From Deferribacterales bacterium (lineage in GTDB: Bacteria > Chrysiogenota > Deferribacteres > Deferribacterales > Geovibrionaceae), in assembly GCA_050251945.1 (NCBI GenBank), contig JBFWLW010000010.1:1-64000 (forward strand): a DNA stretch of 64,000 bases. The letters are read 5' to 3'. The stretch's first letter is position 1. Every line of letters begins with the position of its first letter. Both the position numbers and the translations under genes were made by a program. This document shows, piece by piece, positions 16,815-26,351 of the stretch. Below the pieces are notes generated by a model. The model was not told the origin of the DNA. It worked only from the letters and a program-made list of their open reading frames with translations, and did not search any database.

Positions 16815-17092
16815 CGGTTTCAGGATGAAACCCGCTTGCGTGAGCGAGTGAGGCTTTGCTGAAATGAGCGTTGGCATATTTTCTCCATGGAAGGAGAAAA
16901 TATGTAATATTATAGAAATGCCGCGGGGAGAGCTTTTGCCTCGGATATGCTGACGGTTTCAGGATGAAACCCGCTTGCGTGAGCGAGTGAGGCTTTGCTG
17001 AAATGAGCGTTGGCATATTTTCTCCATGGAAGGAGAAAATATGTAATATTATCGAAATGCCGCGGGGTGAGCTTTTGCCTCGGATATGCTGA
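16771..17092 (+). repeat. 139-bp tandem repeat: hypE 3' 44 bp in three copies, separated by two identical 95-bp hairpin cassettes
   Basis: Tail copies start at 16771, 16910 and 17049; cassettes at 16815-16909 and 16954-17048. Confidence 0.95.
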
Positions 17093-17110
17093 TAATGTTA
17101 AATTGTAATG

Positions 17111-17181
17111 AGACTGCCGCGTCAGCCCGGGGGCTTCCTCGCAGAGACGTCTTCGCGAGGAATGAAATGACGACGCGATCT
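17111..17181. repeat. REP doublet
   Basis: AGACTGCCGCG...CCTCGCAGAGAC directly followed by GTCTTCGCGAGG...ACGCGATCT. Confidence 0.8.
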
Positions 17182-17203
17182 CTTGTTTATATAAGGAACT
17201 AGG

Positions 17204-17533
17204 ATGATAAAGATAGACTGGGAAAAACAGGGCGGACTTATACCCGCCGTGGTGCAGGATGCAGAGACTAAAACCGTTCTGATGCTTGCGTATGTGAACG
17301 AAGAGGCGCTCAGGCTCACATTTGAGACGGGCTATGCCCACTATTATTCCAGAAGCCGCAACGAACTCTGGAAAAAGGGCGGCACCTCCGGACATGTGCA
17401 GAAGATTGAACAGGTGCGGCTGGATTGTGACGGCGATACGCTGCTTTATATAGTCCACCAGACCGGACCCGCCTGCCACACAGGCGCTAAGAGCTGTTTT
17501 TTCACATCGCTTGACAAAGCCGGAGACAACTGA
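17204..17533 (+). CDS. hisI: Phosphoribosyl-AMP cyclohydrolase
   Basis: [20 protein letters not shown] and [10 protein letters not shown]. Confidence 0.96.
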   Translation: MIKIDWEKQGGLIPAVVQDAETKTVLMLAYVNEEALRLTFETGYAHYYSRSRNELWKKGGTSGHVQKIEQVRLDCDGDTLLYIVHQTGPACHTGAKSCFFTSLDKAGDN

Positions 17534-17535
17534 TT

Positions 17536-18558
17536 ATGGCAGGTCTTCTTTTAGGTGTGGATGCCGGAGCGGCAAACCTCAAAATAGTCGAACTGAAAGA
17601 GAAAAAGGGCGAATACAGCCTTAAGAATATATTTCTGCGGCAGATGCCGGCAGGTGTTATCGTTGACGGAACTGTGCTTGACCACGGAGCCGCCGCTCAC
17701 GTTATCAAAGAGAGCATTGCCCACGCTAAGGGCTTTTCAAAGGATGCCGCGCTGGGTATGCGCGGTCGCGATACGGTTGTGAAGCACATGGAGATAGCGT
17801 GGAACGGTAAAGGTAATTTTCAGGAATCGTTCGTATGGAACGCTGACCAATATATCGGTATTGCCGCTTCAAAGGCGACGTTTGACGCACAGCTTCTTTC
17901 ATATGATGCCGAAAAGGGAATGGCGGACGCAGTTGTTGCCGCCGCAAACAGAGATAAGGTCGCCGACTGTATAGCCATGGCGGAACTTGCCGGGCTGAAA
18001 CCCGTCGTCGTGGATATAGAGGCGCTGGCGCTGGTCAATCTCGCTTCAAATGTTTTCGGACGCAAATCACATCCCAACGCCATAATAGACATCGGACACG
18101 ACTGCACGAACATCATCTTTTACGAGAATGGTTTCGTCGACATGGTGAAATCCATTCCTAAAGGATGCAAATTCCTCATGGAAGAGATAGCGCAGGATAT
18201 GGATGTGGACATTGACAAGGCGGGCGAGATAATCCGCGATAAAGAGGTCATGACAAATGACGTCGATGCGCAGGCTGCCGCCATGTCGTTCGGGAGCAAC
18301 CTCGGCGCTGAAGTTGAAACCGCTGTTGAAACATACATAACGGACAGACGTAAAGAACCTGTTGACATACACATATGCGGTGCCGGAGCGAATGTGCAGG
18401 TGCTTGTGGATCAGATGGAAATAGCAATGCGGATGTCGCTTCCCCAGCTTAATCCGTTCGCGCATATAGAGGTGCCGGAGCAGTTGAAACCTATCATGGA
18501 TAAGGCGGGTGCGCACGCGTTTGCCGTTGCGGCTGGACTTGCCATGAGAAAGGCATGA
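17536..18558 (+). CDS. PilM-like (actin/FtsA fold) type IV pilus assembly protein
   Basis: LGVDAGAANLKIVEL, AGLKPVVVDIEALAL, IIDIGH and C-terminal AVAAGLAMRK. Confidence 0.8.
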   Translation: MAGLLLGVDAGAANLKIVELKEKKGEYSLKNIFLRQMPAGVIVDGTVLDHGAAAHVIKESIAHAKGFSKDAALGMRGRDTVVKHMEIAWNGKGNFQESFVWNADQYIGIAASKATFDAQLLSYDAEKGMADAVVAAANRDKVADCIAMAELAGLKPVVVDIEALALVNLASNVFGRKSHPNAIIDIGHDCTNIIFYENGFVDMVKSIPKGCKFLMEEIAQDMDVDIDKAGEIIRDKEVMTNDVDAQAAAMSFGSNLGAEVETAVETYITDRRKEPVDIHICGAGANVQVLVDQMEIAMRMSLPQLNPFAHIEVPEQLKPIMDKAGAHAFAVAAGLAMRKA

Positions 18559-19586
18559 AAAAACTCTTTCTGCTGCCGATTATGCTTTTTGCGCTTTGCG
18601 GCTGTTCCTTTAATAATCTCAATGACGATGCGGCGGAAGCCGCTACAAGACTGAAAATCGCCACGCACATTGACATAAGATCAGCACGCAAGGGCGACAC
18701 GCTAACCGTTGATTTTAACGTCGGCGGGCAAATGAAAAATTTCACATCAACAATTGATGAATCAGGTAAGAACGTTGTTATCAGAACGGAAGATATCAGC
18801 GTTTACATTATAAAATCCGAACTCGCCAGCCCTCTGGTGGAGGTTCAGCCGTGGCTGGACGCAGACAGCAACTATATGGTCAAGATGAAGCTGAATCTGA
18901 AATGCAGTATGACCCGCATTGATACGGACAAGGGATTCAGGCTGATATTCAAACTGCTTGAGCCGGACAGGGAATATGCCGCAATGCAGACTTTCGGAAC
19001 TTGGCAGCAGTCCTATGCCGCCGCGACCAGACTTGCGGGAATCAAAAATAAAGCCTCTTCGACGGAAATGACATTCGACGGCACACCCGTCTATTCCGCA
19101 GGCAATAACGGGAATGCCGACTATCTCGATATATACGGCGTCCGCATACCCGCCGGAAATATAAAATACGACGGCGTGGTCTCCTCGGACGTTGCGGGCG
19201 GAAAGACCAGACTGATTTTCAAAGGGAATGCCTCCTTCTGTATCGACGGAACACATATGACGCTGGGCAGAAGCTGCGGCGGTTATATTTCTCTGTTCGG
19301 TGTGACAAAAAAGAAGGACAAGGGAAACGAGAAGTTCATGGTCAGGCTGACGGGCAGACCGGAGATAACCGTTAAGACCATAACGGGAGCGACCGGACTG
19401 GGCATGAAGAACGTCAGGCTTTTCGGCACCGGACTGGTGCGGTATGAAGGCGACGCGGTGTTCAAAACGGAAGTGCGTAAAAGCGGCGGGCTTACATGGA
19501 TAGTGTTCGTACATGATCCGGCGTATAAGTTCCGCAGGTTCTATTCATCCGGCGACGTGCTGAACGTCGTATTTTATAAGGGCTGA
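18555..19586 (+). CDS. Hypothetical lipoprotein, possibly with AMIN-like beta repeats
   Basis: Lipobox LCGC; ATGA overlap with the upstream gene; repeated RLIF / WIVF-type beta motifs. Confidence 0.7.
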   Translation: MKKLFLLPIMLFALCGCSFNNLNDDAAEAATRLKIATHIDIRSARKGDTLTVDFNVGGQMKNFTSTIDESGKNVVIRTEDISVYIIKSELASPLVEVQPWLDADSNYMVKMKLNLKCSMTRIDTDKGFRLIFKLLEPDREYAAMQTFGTWQQSYAAATRLAGIKNKASSTEMTFDGTPVYSAGNNGNADYLDIYGVRIPAGNIKYDGVVSSDVAGGKTRLIFKGNASFCIDGTHMTLGRSCGGYISLFGVTKKKDKGNEKFMVRLTGRPEITVKTITGATGLGMKNVRLFGTGLVRYEGDAVFKTEVRKSGGLTWIVFVHDPAYKFRRFYSSGDVLNVVFYKG

Positions 19587-19589
19587 TAA

Positions 19590-20708
19590 ATGGATAAACT
19601 GAAACTGTTTATTATTGCCGGAGAGAAATCCGGCGACAACCATGCATCCGCAATGGTGCGCGAGCTGAAAAAGATATGCGATGTCGAGTTCTCAGGAACC
19701 GGCGGTGCAGGGCTTAAGGCGCTGGGACAGAAACAGTTTTACGATATAAACGATATGAACGCCATCGGCATTGACGAGGCGCTGAAAAAACTGCCGTTTC
19801 TGCTGAGGGTGAAAGACAAGCTCATCGCAGAAATGAAGGCGGACAGACCCGACGCCGTTGTCCTCGTGGATTATCCGGGATTTAATCTCCGTTTCGCCCG
19901 ATATGCGAAAGAGCTTGGGATTCCGGTTATTTTCTATATCTCACCTACATTCTGGGCGTGGAACTATAAAAGAGTGCATAAACTCAGACAGTTTTGCGAC
20001 CTTGTACTCTGCATCTATCCTTTTGAACCGGAGCTTCTGAAAAAAGAGGGCGTGAATGCCGTTTATGTCGGGAACCCGCTAAAAAGGCAGATAAGCGTCA
20101 AGTGTGCCGATAATCGTGAATTTCTTGAAAGAGGGCATTTTAACGGCAATAAACCCGTTATAGGTCTTTTGCCGGGCAGCAGACGAAGAGAGGTCGAATC
20201 TCTTTTGCCCCTTATGGTGCAGACTGCAAAACTTCTTCCGCAGTATGACTATGTTGTCGGCGTTGCCGATACCATAGACGAAAAACGGGTGCGGGAGCTT
20301 ATCAAAGGTACCAATATCCGTCTTGCCACCGGACTGACCCATGACATAATGAAATATTCGCATCTGCTCTGGATATGCTCCGGAACAGCGACGCTTGAGG
20401 CGGCGATAACCGGAACACCCATGGTTCTGCTTTATAAAACGAGTGCGCTCACCTATATGCTGGGACAGATTTTTGTACGTCTGAAATTCATCGGGATGCC
20501 GAACATTATAATGAAAAGGGCGGTGATTCCCGAACTGATACAGGGCGACGCAAATGTTCGCGCGCTGGCGAAATTTACCGAAAAGATAGAACAGAACTAC
20601 GACGATGTCAGAAAAGACCTTGCCGCAGTGGGCAGTTATTTTCCCGATACGGACTCGTCTGCAGATACCGCCGCGGAAATTTATTCCTTTCTCAAAGACC
20701 TGAAATAA
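19590..20708 (+). CDS. lpxB: Lipid-A-disaccharide synthase
   Basis: AGEKSGD, VDYPGFN, LLPGSRRREV, SGTATLE and PELIQ. Confidence 0.96.
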   Translation: MDKLKLFIIAGEKSGDNHASAMVRELKKICDVEFSGTGGAGLKALGQKQFYDINDMNAIGIDEALKKLPFLLRVKDKLIAEMKADRPDAVVLVDYPGFNLRFARYAKELGIPVIFYISPTFWAWNYKRVHKLRQFCDLVLCIYPFEPELLKKEGVNAVYVGNPLKRQISVKCADNREFLERGHFNGNKPVIGLLPGSRRREVESLLPLMVQTAKLLPQYDYVVGVADTIDEKRVRELIKGTNIRLATGLTHDIMKYSHLLWICSGTATLEAAITGTPMVLLYKTSALTYMLGQIFVRLKFIGMPNIIMKRAVIPELIQGDANVRALAKFTEKIEQNYDDVRKDLAAVGSYFPDTDSSADTAAEIYSFLKDLK

Positions 20709-20762
20709 GGAAATTAATTCCTTCTTCTTTTGAAAAATCCTTAACTATCAATCAGTGCCTGT

Positions 20763-20778
20763 TTGGCACGATTTTTTC
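20763..20778 (+). promoter_or_regulatory. Sigma54-like promoter for fliK-flgD-flgE
   Basis: TTGGCAC-GATTT-TTTC (perfect -24, one mismatch at -12). Confidence 0.6.
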
Positions 20779-20801
20779 TAACACATTGACGGAGGTGCCT
20801 A

Positions 20802-22163
20802 ATGGAGAATCTGTCAATGTTAAAACTTTTCAATTCGGCGGTGAAGGCGGCGGCAACGCAGTCGTCCGGCTCTTCCTCTTCCGCAGGTTCATCATCATCA
20901 GCCTCGGACAGTGATAAGGCCGGATTTGAAGACGTTTTCAAATCCTATCTGGATAAATCAGGCTCCTCTGCATCAAAGAAGACTGAAGCCGTTAAGACCG
21001 AAAAGGAAGCGGAAGCACAGCAGACCGCTGCAGCGGCGGCATCCGATGATATTAAAGTGACAGTATTGGACGCAGACACACCCGAAAAGGTGATTGATAG
21101 TCTTAATATAAGCGATGAAGCGAAGGTCGAACTTAAGAACATGCTCGCGGAGGCGGACACGCAGGAAGAGGCGGACGCTTTTGTCCAGCAGCTTCTTACA
21201 ATGCTCCAGCAGACCGGAATGACGGTTGAACAGGTCGAGGACGTAATGACCGACCTTGCTTCATCAATCATATCTCCTGCGGCAGAAACTCAGCAGCAGG
21301 CTTCGTCCGCTGTTCTTGAATCGGTTCTGGATTCCATTGTAAAAATTCAGGATTCAGGTCAGGAACCAACAGCCAAATTTGTTCTTCCTGAAAAGATTGA
21401 AACCCTGAAACTTCTGGTTGTCGATCAGACAATTGAAAAACAGCAGGAGTATGCTTCGGAAAAACCGGTCGTTGTTCAGCAGTCGGCGGAGCAGACAGAA
21501 GGCGGTAAATTTGCCACGGAGCGGGCGGTTCAGCAGTCAGCGGAACCCGAAGCGGCAGAGGCTGAAGCGGAAGCAGAACCGGAAAGCGGCGTGAAAGTTC
21601 TTGTCGCTCAGGCTGAGGCAGCAGAAGCGGACGAGGCTGTTATTGATCTTGCCGCGAAACGCATTGAGGCAAAGTCAGGTGCACAGCAGCACGACACAGG
21701 TGATTTTTCATCAAAGACACCTATGACGGAAAAAATTATCACCAGCGAGATAAAGATAGATAAACCGCAGGACATCATGAAGTTTGCGGAACTTGTCGAA
21801 ATAGCCAAATCTCAGAACGTAAACAAGATCAATGTTCAGCTCAACCCGCAGGAACTGGGAAAAGTGAATATCGAGCTTACGGAACATTCCGGCAAGGTCA
21901 CGGGCAAAGTGACGTTTGAGTCGGAAACGGCGAGAAATTATTTCTCAAACAATATGGAAGCGCTTAAACAGCAGCTTGCGGATAAGGGTGTGGTCATAGA
22001 GAACCTTGAGTTTCTCTTTAAAGATTTCGATCACCACGAATTCGCAGGATGGGAAAACGGGCAGAAGAAGGGCGGGTCGTCATCCGGTTCCGGTTCTTCT
22101 GACGGTGCATTGACAGAAGAAGAATCCGTTCAGGAAGAGAACGGTTCTGTAATATACGCCTGA
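20802..22163 (+). CDS. fliK: Flagellar hook-length control protein FliK
   Basis: Low-complexity N-terminal region, C-terminal VQLNPQELGKVNIEL...LKQQLADKGV domain, and position upstream of flgD. Confidence 0.9.
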   Translation: MENLSMLKLFNSAVKAAATQSSGSSSSAGSSSSASDSDKAGFEDVFKSYLDKSGSSASKKTEAVKTEKEAEAQQTAAAAASDDIKVTVLDADTPEKVIDSLNISDEAKVELKNMLAEADTQEEADAFVQQLLTMLQQTGMTVEQVEDVMTDLASSIISPAAETQQQASSAVLESVLDSIVKIQDSGQEPTAKFVLPEKIETLKLLVVDQTIEKQQEYASEKPVVVQQSAEQTEGGKFATERAVQQSAEPEAAEAEAEAEPESGVKVLVAQAEAAEADEAVIDLAAKRIEAKSGAQQHDTGDFSSKTPMTEKIITSEIKIDKPQDIMKFAELVEIAKSQNVNKINVQLNPQELGKVNIELTEHSGKVTGKVTFESETARNYFSNNMEALKQQLADKGVVIENLEFLFKDFDHHEFAGWENGQKKGGSSSGSGSSDGALTEEESVQEENGSVIYA

Positions 22164-22182
22164 AAACAGCGGGAGATATAAA

Positions 22183-22875
22183 ATGATAGTCTCAAGCGGC
22201 AGTACTGTAAACACGGATAGATACGATACCTCAAAGATGGATATCGACAACGACCACGGTTCTCTGGACCAGTCCGATTTCCTGAACCTGTTTGTAACAC
22301 AGATGCAGAATCAGGACCCCACGGAGCCGATGGACAGTTCGCAGATGCTCCAGCAGACAGCGACCTTTTCGCAGGTTGAGAGCATGGCTTCCATGAACGA
22401 GAATATGGAGAAGATACTTGACGTTGTCTCCAATTCCTCTGTTCAGAATCAGATGGCGTCCGCTTCAAACTTTATCGGAAAAGTTATGGAGTATGAGGGC
22501 AACGATACCACTCTGACATCGTCAGGCGCGGCTATCTCTTTTGAAGCGTCATCTATTCCGTCGAAAACCAGCGTAACGATACGCGACGAGGACGGCAAAT
22601 ATATCCGGACTCTGACTCCCAGCGTGACCGACACCGACAAGAAATTTATTGTCTGGGACGGAACGGATGCGTCGGGCAACAAGATGGATGCAGGTTCATA
22701 TACGTTCTCTGTCAAGGCATATGATGCCGACGGCAAGGAGATAGAGGTTAAGACCTATTCAAACGGACAGGTCACCGGCGTTGCAACGGATTCTGGCAAA
22801 CTTATTTATGAGGTCGACGGATCATACGAGGTGGCAGCCGAGGATGTCGTTTCCGTCAGAGATCTCACTAATTAA
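22183..22875 (+). CDS. flgD: Flagellar hook cap protein FlgD
   Basis: DFLNLFVTQMQNQDPTEPMD and WDGTDASG...GSYTF. Confidence 0.96.
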   Translation: MIVSSGSTVNTDRYDTSKMDIDNDHGSLDQSDFLNLFVTQMQNQDPTEPMDSSQMLQQTATFSQVESMASMNENMEKILDVVSNSSVQNQMASASNFIGKVMEYEGNDTTLTSSGAAISFEASSIPSKTSVTIRDEDGKYIRTLTPSVTDTDKKFIVWDGTDASGNKMDAGSYTFSVKAYDADGKEIEVKTYSNGQVTGVATDSGKLIYEVDGSYEVAAEDVVSVRDLTN

Positions 22876-22887
22876 CGAGGTGCGGTT

Positions 22888-25404
22888 ATGATGCGATCAC
22901 TTTACTCGGCCATCAGCGGTCTTGGTGTAAACCAGCAGGCGATGGACGTTCTGGGTAACAACATTTCAAACGTTAACACAATAGGTTATAAAGCAGGCAG
23001 AACCATATTTCAGGATATGCTCAGCCAGACAATATCGGGCGGTACGGCGGCGACCAGCTCTGTGGGCAGTACAAACCCCTCACAGATTGGTCTCGGTTCC
23101 GTTCTCGCCACAGTTTCTAACATATTCACAGACGGTACCAACAAGACAACGGACGTTGACACCGACCTTGCAATTCAGGGCGACGGTTTCTTCATTCTGG
23201 AAGGAAGATCCAACAATGAATTTCTGTATACCAGAGCTGGCGACTTCAACTTCGACTCTCTGGGCAATCTGGTTTCAACAGGCGGTTACAGTGTTCAGGG
23301 ATGGATGGCAGATCCTGAAACGGGAGAGATAGTCACCGATACGAACACGGAAGATATCGTTGTGGGAACGGACTATCAGGCGGTTGAGGCGAAGGCAACA
23401 ACGGCAACCACCGTTGCCGGTATCCTCAGTACGGATGCAGACCCCAACGTTCTGGAGTTTCCCACGCTTCTGCACAGTGCGGAAGGGAACAGCAGTATCT
23501 TCTCTGTGTACTCTGCAAACGGCGTTAAGATGGACGTTGCGGATGAGGAACCGATAAAAATAAAAGCACATGCCACAGACCTCACGGACATGAGCAGTGT
23601 TTACAACGATACCGACGTAAGTCTTGGTATAACATCATCAGCGAACAACAGTCTTCTGGTTTATATTAATAACACTGCCGAAACTTTTACATACGGCACA
23701 GATTTCACAACGATGGGCGATCTTGCAACCGCTCTTCAGAACCGTCTTAACACTGCCGCAGGTGCGGCAGACTTCACCGTTTCCGTTACAAACGGAAAAC
23801 TGAGCGTTGCCAAAACAGCGGCGGGCGGTGCGAACGTCACAATCAACTCGTTCAGCGGTTCTGCACGTCTTGCTGTGGGACTCTCAAACCTTGCCGGAAC
23901 TTATGACGATACGTCTGACGTGAGAACCAGTGACCAGCTCTATTTTGAAAGCACCGTCTATGCGGGCAGGGATTTCACCACCCTTTCGGAGCTTGCGGCA
24001 GAGATAGAATCCGCAATTGACGGAAACGTTCTTAACGGTGCCGATTTTTCGGTTACATACGATAACTCCACCGGTAAGTTCGTATATTCCAATACGGGAA
24101 CCGGCACGGCTCCTGATCTGACAGGGTTTTCTTTTGACAAAGCTTACAGCGGCACGGATTTTGAGCTTAACATGGTTACAAGTGATCCGCTGACAGTTGC
24201 GAAAGGCGCCACAGGCAACAGTATGACTTTCCTCCGAGAGGCGAAGGACTCCGATGCGCTTCTTAATCTTTATACAAGCAACGGTTCCTCTCTCGGTCTC
24301 ACAGACGACGCGGTGATGCAGTTTACCTCAGGAATCGGCGGCGAGAACCTCACAGGTACGGGCAGCCAGGCTGTATATTCTGTGGGAACCGACGGTCTTG
24401 CGGGAACGGCAGACGACGTTTACTATACGCTGCAGGATCTCAGGGTCGCTCTTGCCGATTACCTAGGCTATAATTCATCATCCGAATCCGAGCTTGCTCA
24501 GCATGTCGGCAGTTTTGACGAAAATGCCGGAAAGCTTGTGCTGACATCCAACGACGGTGTCCCCAACGAAATAGATTTCCTTAAGTTTGAGATACTGGGC
24601 AGCGGAAACTACAGCAATTTCTACGACTATTATGACTACTCGACAACCCAGAACGCCACAGGCGGCGTTGTTACAACTTCGCAGACCATCTATGATTCAC
24701 AGGGTAACGAGCACACTCTGCAGTATAATTTTGAGATGGTGGACGCCATTGACAACCTCTGGAAACTTACAGTAACCACACCGGAGACAAATTCAACCGT
24801 TGAGTTCAACGAATCCAACGGCGGCAGCGTATATCTGCACTTTAACAGCAACGGTTCGTTCAACTACATGGCAACAGAGGCGGGAACAAGAATTTCGTCT
24901 CTTACGGCAAACTTTGACCCCAATAACGGTGCGGGAGTTATTTCGGATATCTCAATTGACCTCGGAACGCCTTCGATGTTCGACGGTGTGTACCTTTCAT
25001 CAGGTGACGGCGGTATCGAGAAAACAACTCAGGACGGTTATTCCACCGGTACGCTTGAGGACGTTCTCTTCAACACTGCGGGCGAGATAATCGGGTATTA
25101 TTCAAACAGCGAAGTTGTTAAACTCGGTCAGATAGCTCTTGCGACCTTCACAAACCCCAACGGTCTGATCAAATTCGGCGATACAACATTCAAATCGACG
25201 ACCAGCTCCGGTGACGCATCTGTGGGAACACCGGGAACAGGCTCAAGGGGCGACATTGCGTCAGGCGCGCTTGAAAACTCAAACGTGGATCTTTCAAGCG
25301 AGTTTGTAAACATGATCACCACTCAAAGAGGGTTCCAAGCTAACTCAAGGGTAATCACAACCTCGGACGAGATGCTTCAGGAACTTCTCTCTCTGAAACG
25401 TTAA
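22888..25404 (+). CDS. flgE: Flagellar hook protein FlgE (long form, 838 aa)
   Basis: MMRSLYSAISGL...GNNISNVNTIGYK, YTRAGDF and LENSNVDLSSEFVNMITTQRGFQANSR. Confidence 0.96.
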   Translation: MMRSLYSAISGLGVNQQAMDVLGNNISNVNTIGYKAGRTIFQDMLSQTISGGTAATSSVGSTNPSQIGLGSVLATVSNIFTDGTNKTTDVDTDLAIQGDGFFILEGRSNNEFLYTRAGDFNFDSLGNLVSTGGYSVQGWMADPETGEIVTDTNTEDIVVGTDYQAVEAKATTATTVAGILSTDADPNVLEFPTLLHSAEGNSSIFSVYSANGVKMDVADEEPIKIKAHATDLTDMSSVYNDTDVSLGITSSANNSLLVYINNTAETFTYGTDFTTMGDLATALQNRLNTAAGAADFTVSVTNGKLSVAKTAAGGANVTINSFSGSARLAVGLSNLAGTYDDTSDVRTSDQLYFESTVYAGRDFTTLSELAAEIESAIDGNVLNGADFSVTYDNSTGKFVYSNTGTGTAPDLTGFSFDKAYSGTDFELNMVTSDPLTVAKGATGNSMTFLREAKDSDALLNLYTSNGSSLGLTDDAVMQFTSGIGGENLTGTGSQAVYSVGTDGLAGTADDVYYTLQDLRVALADYLGYNSSSESELAQHVGSFDENAGKLVLTSNDGVPNEIDFLKFEILGSGNYSNFYDYYDYSTTQNATGGVVTTSQTIYDSQGNEHTLQYNFEMVDAIDNLWKLTVTTPETNSTVEFNESNGGSVYLHFNSNGSFNYMATEAGTRISSLTANFDPNNGAGVISDISIDLGTPSMFDGVYLSSGDGGIEKTTQDGYSTGTLEDVLFNTAGEIIGYYSNSEVVKLGQIALATFTNPNGLIKFGDTTFKSTTSSGDASVGTPGTGSRGDIASGALENSNVDLSSEFVNMITTQRGFQANSRVITTSDEMLQELLSLKR

Positions 25405-25418
25405 TCAGCTGACATAAA

Positions 25419-25450
25419 GGCTGCGGGTCTCAGCCCCGCAGCCCCCTTTT
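25419..25450 (+). terminator. Intrinsic terminator after flgE
   Basis: GGCTGCGGG-N7-CCCGCAGCC followed by a T-run. Confidence 0.7.
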
Positions 25451-25566
25451 AATCACCTTTTCACCATTATTTCTGTTGACTGCAATGGCTTACATCCTGT
25501 ATCTTTATAATAATTATAAAATTGTCCTGCAAAAGCGGAAGACGTTAATTGCATTTCGGAGAAGTT

Positions 25567-26331
25567 ATGGATATAGCAACCATTGTCGGAATTCTGCTTG
25601 CATATTCTCTTGTTATTGCTGCACTTCTTATGGGACCGGGTCTCGTTCCTTACATAGACATCCCCTCTGTTCTTATCGTTATCGGCGGCAACGCCGGTAT
25701 TATTATGATGTGCGTTCCTCTGGGAACTTTCTTTTCTTTCGGCAAAGTGACGATGAAAGCTTTCAAATATACTTTGGACGATGCCCCGAAACTTATCGCC
25801 CAGCTTGTCGAGTTCGCAGTTAAAGCAAGACGCGACGGCATCCTCTCTCTCGAATCCGCAGGCGACGAGGTTGGGGACGAATTCCTTAAAAAAGGTATCA
25901 GGCTTGCGGTGGACGGCACCGAGCCGGAAGTCATAAAGGGTATCCTTGAAACAGAACTTAATTATATGTCGGAAAGGCATAAAACGGGTGCCAACCTGCT
26001 CGGTTACATCGTAGATTACGGTCCTGCGATGGGTATGATAGGTACGCTGATCGGTCTTGTTGCGATGCTTCAGACCATGGACGACCCAAGTTCCATCGGT
26101 CCCGCCATGGCGGTTGCCCTGCTTACCACCTTTTACGGTGCGATGATGGCGAACCTGTTCGGCGGACCTATTAAGGCAAAGCTGGAAGGACGCTCCGCAC
26201 AGGAGACCCTCATCAGAGAGATCATGATAGCAGGCATTATGGCGATACAGGCGGGAGACAACCCCCGTATCGTGGAGCAGAAGCTTAACGCTTATCTTGC
26301 TCCGAAGGAACGTAAGTCTCAATTTGAGTGA
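25567..26331 (+). CDS. motA: Flagellar stator protein MotA/PomA
   Basis: ARRDGILSLE, GPAMGMIGTLIGL and MAVALLTTFYG; ATG at 25567. Confidence 0.95.
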   Translation: MDIATIVGILLAYSLVIAALLMGPGLVPYIDIPSVLIVIGGNAGIIMMCVPLGTFFSFGKVTMKAFKYTLDDAPKLIAQLVEFAVKARRDGILSLESAGDEVGDEFLKKGIRLAVDGTEPEVIKGILETELNYMSERHKTGANLLGYIVDYGPAMGMIGTLIGLVAMLQTMDDPSSIGPAMAVALLTTFYGAMMANLFGGPIKAKLEGRSAQETLIREIMIAGIMAIQAGDNPRIVEQKLNAYLAPKERKSQFE

Positions 26332-26351
26332 TATTTCCGGAGATTTTTCAA

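Noticed and set aside
16771..17092. Possible CRISPR or diversity-generating retroelement (TR/VR pair) at hypE
   Set aside because: The spacers are identical and 95 bp long. All three tail differences fall at adenines of the first copy, but they are silent, too few to interpret, and no reverse transcriptase is in the window.
16771..17479. Minus-strand ORFs 16771..17016 and 16910..17479
   Set aside because: Shadow frames over the tandem repeat, a REP doublet and hisI.
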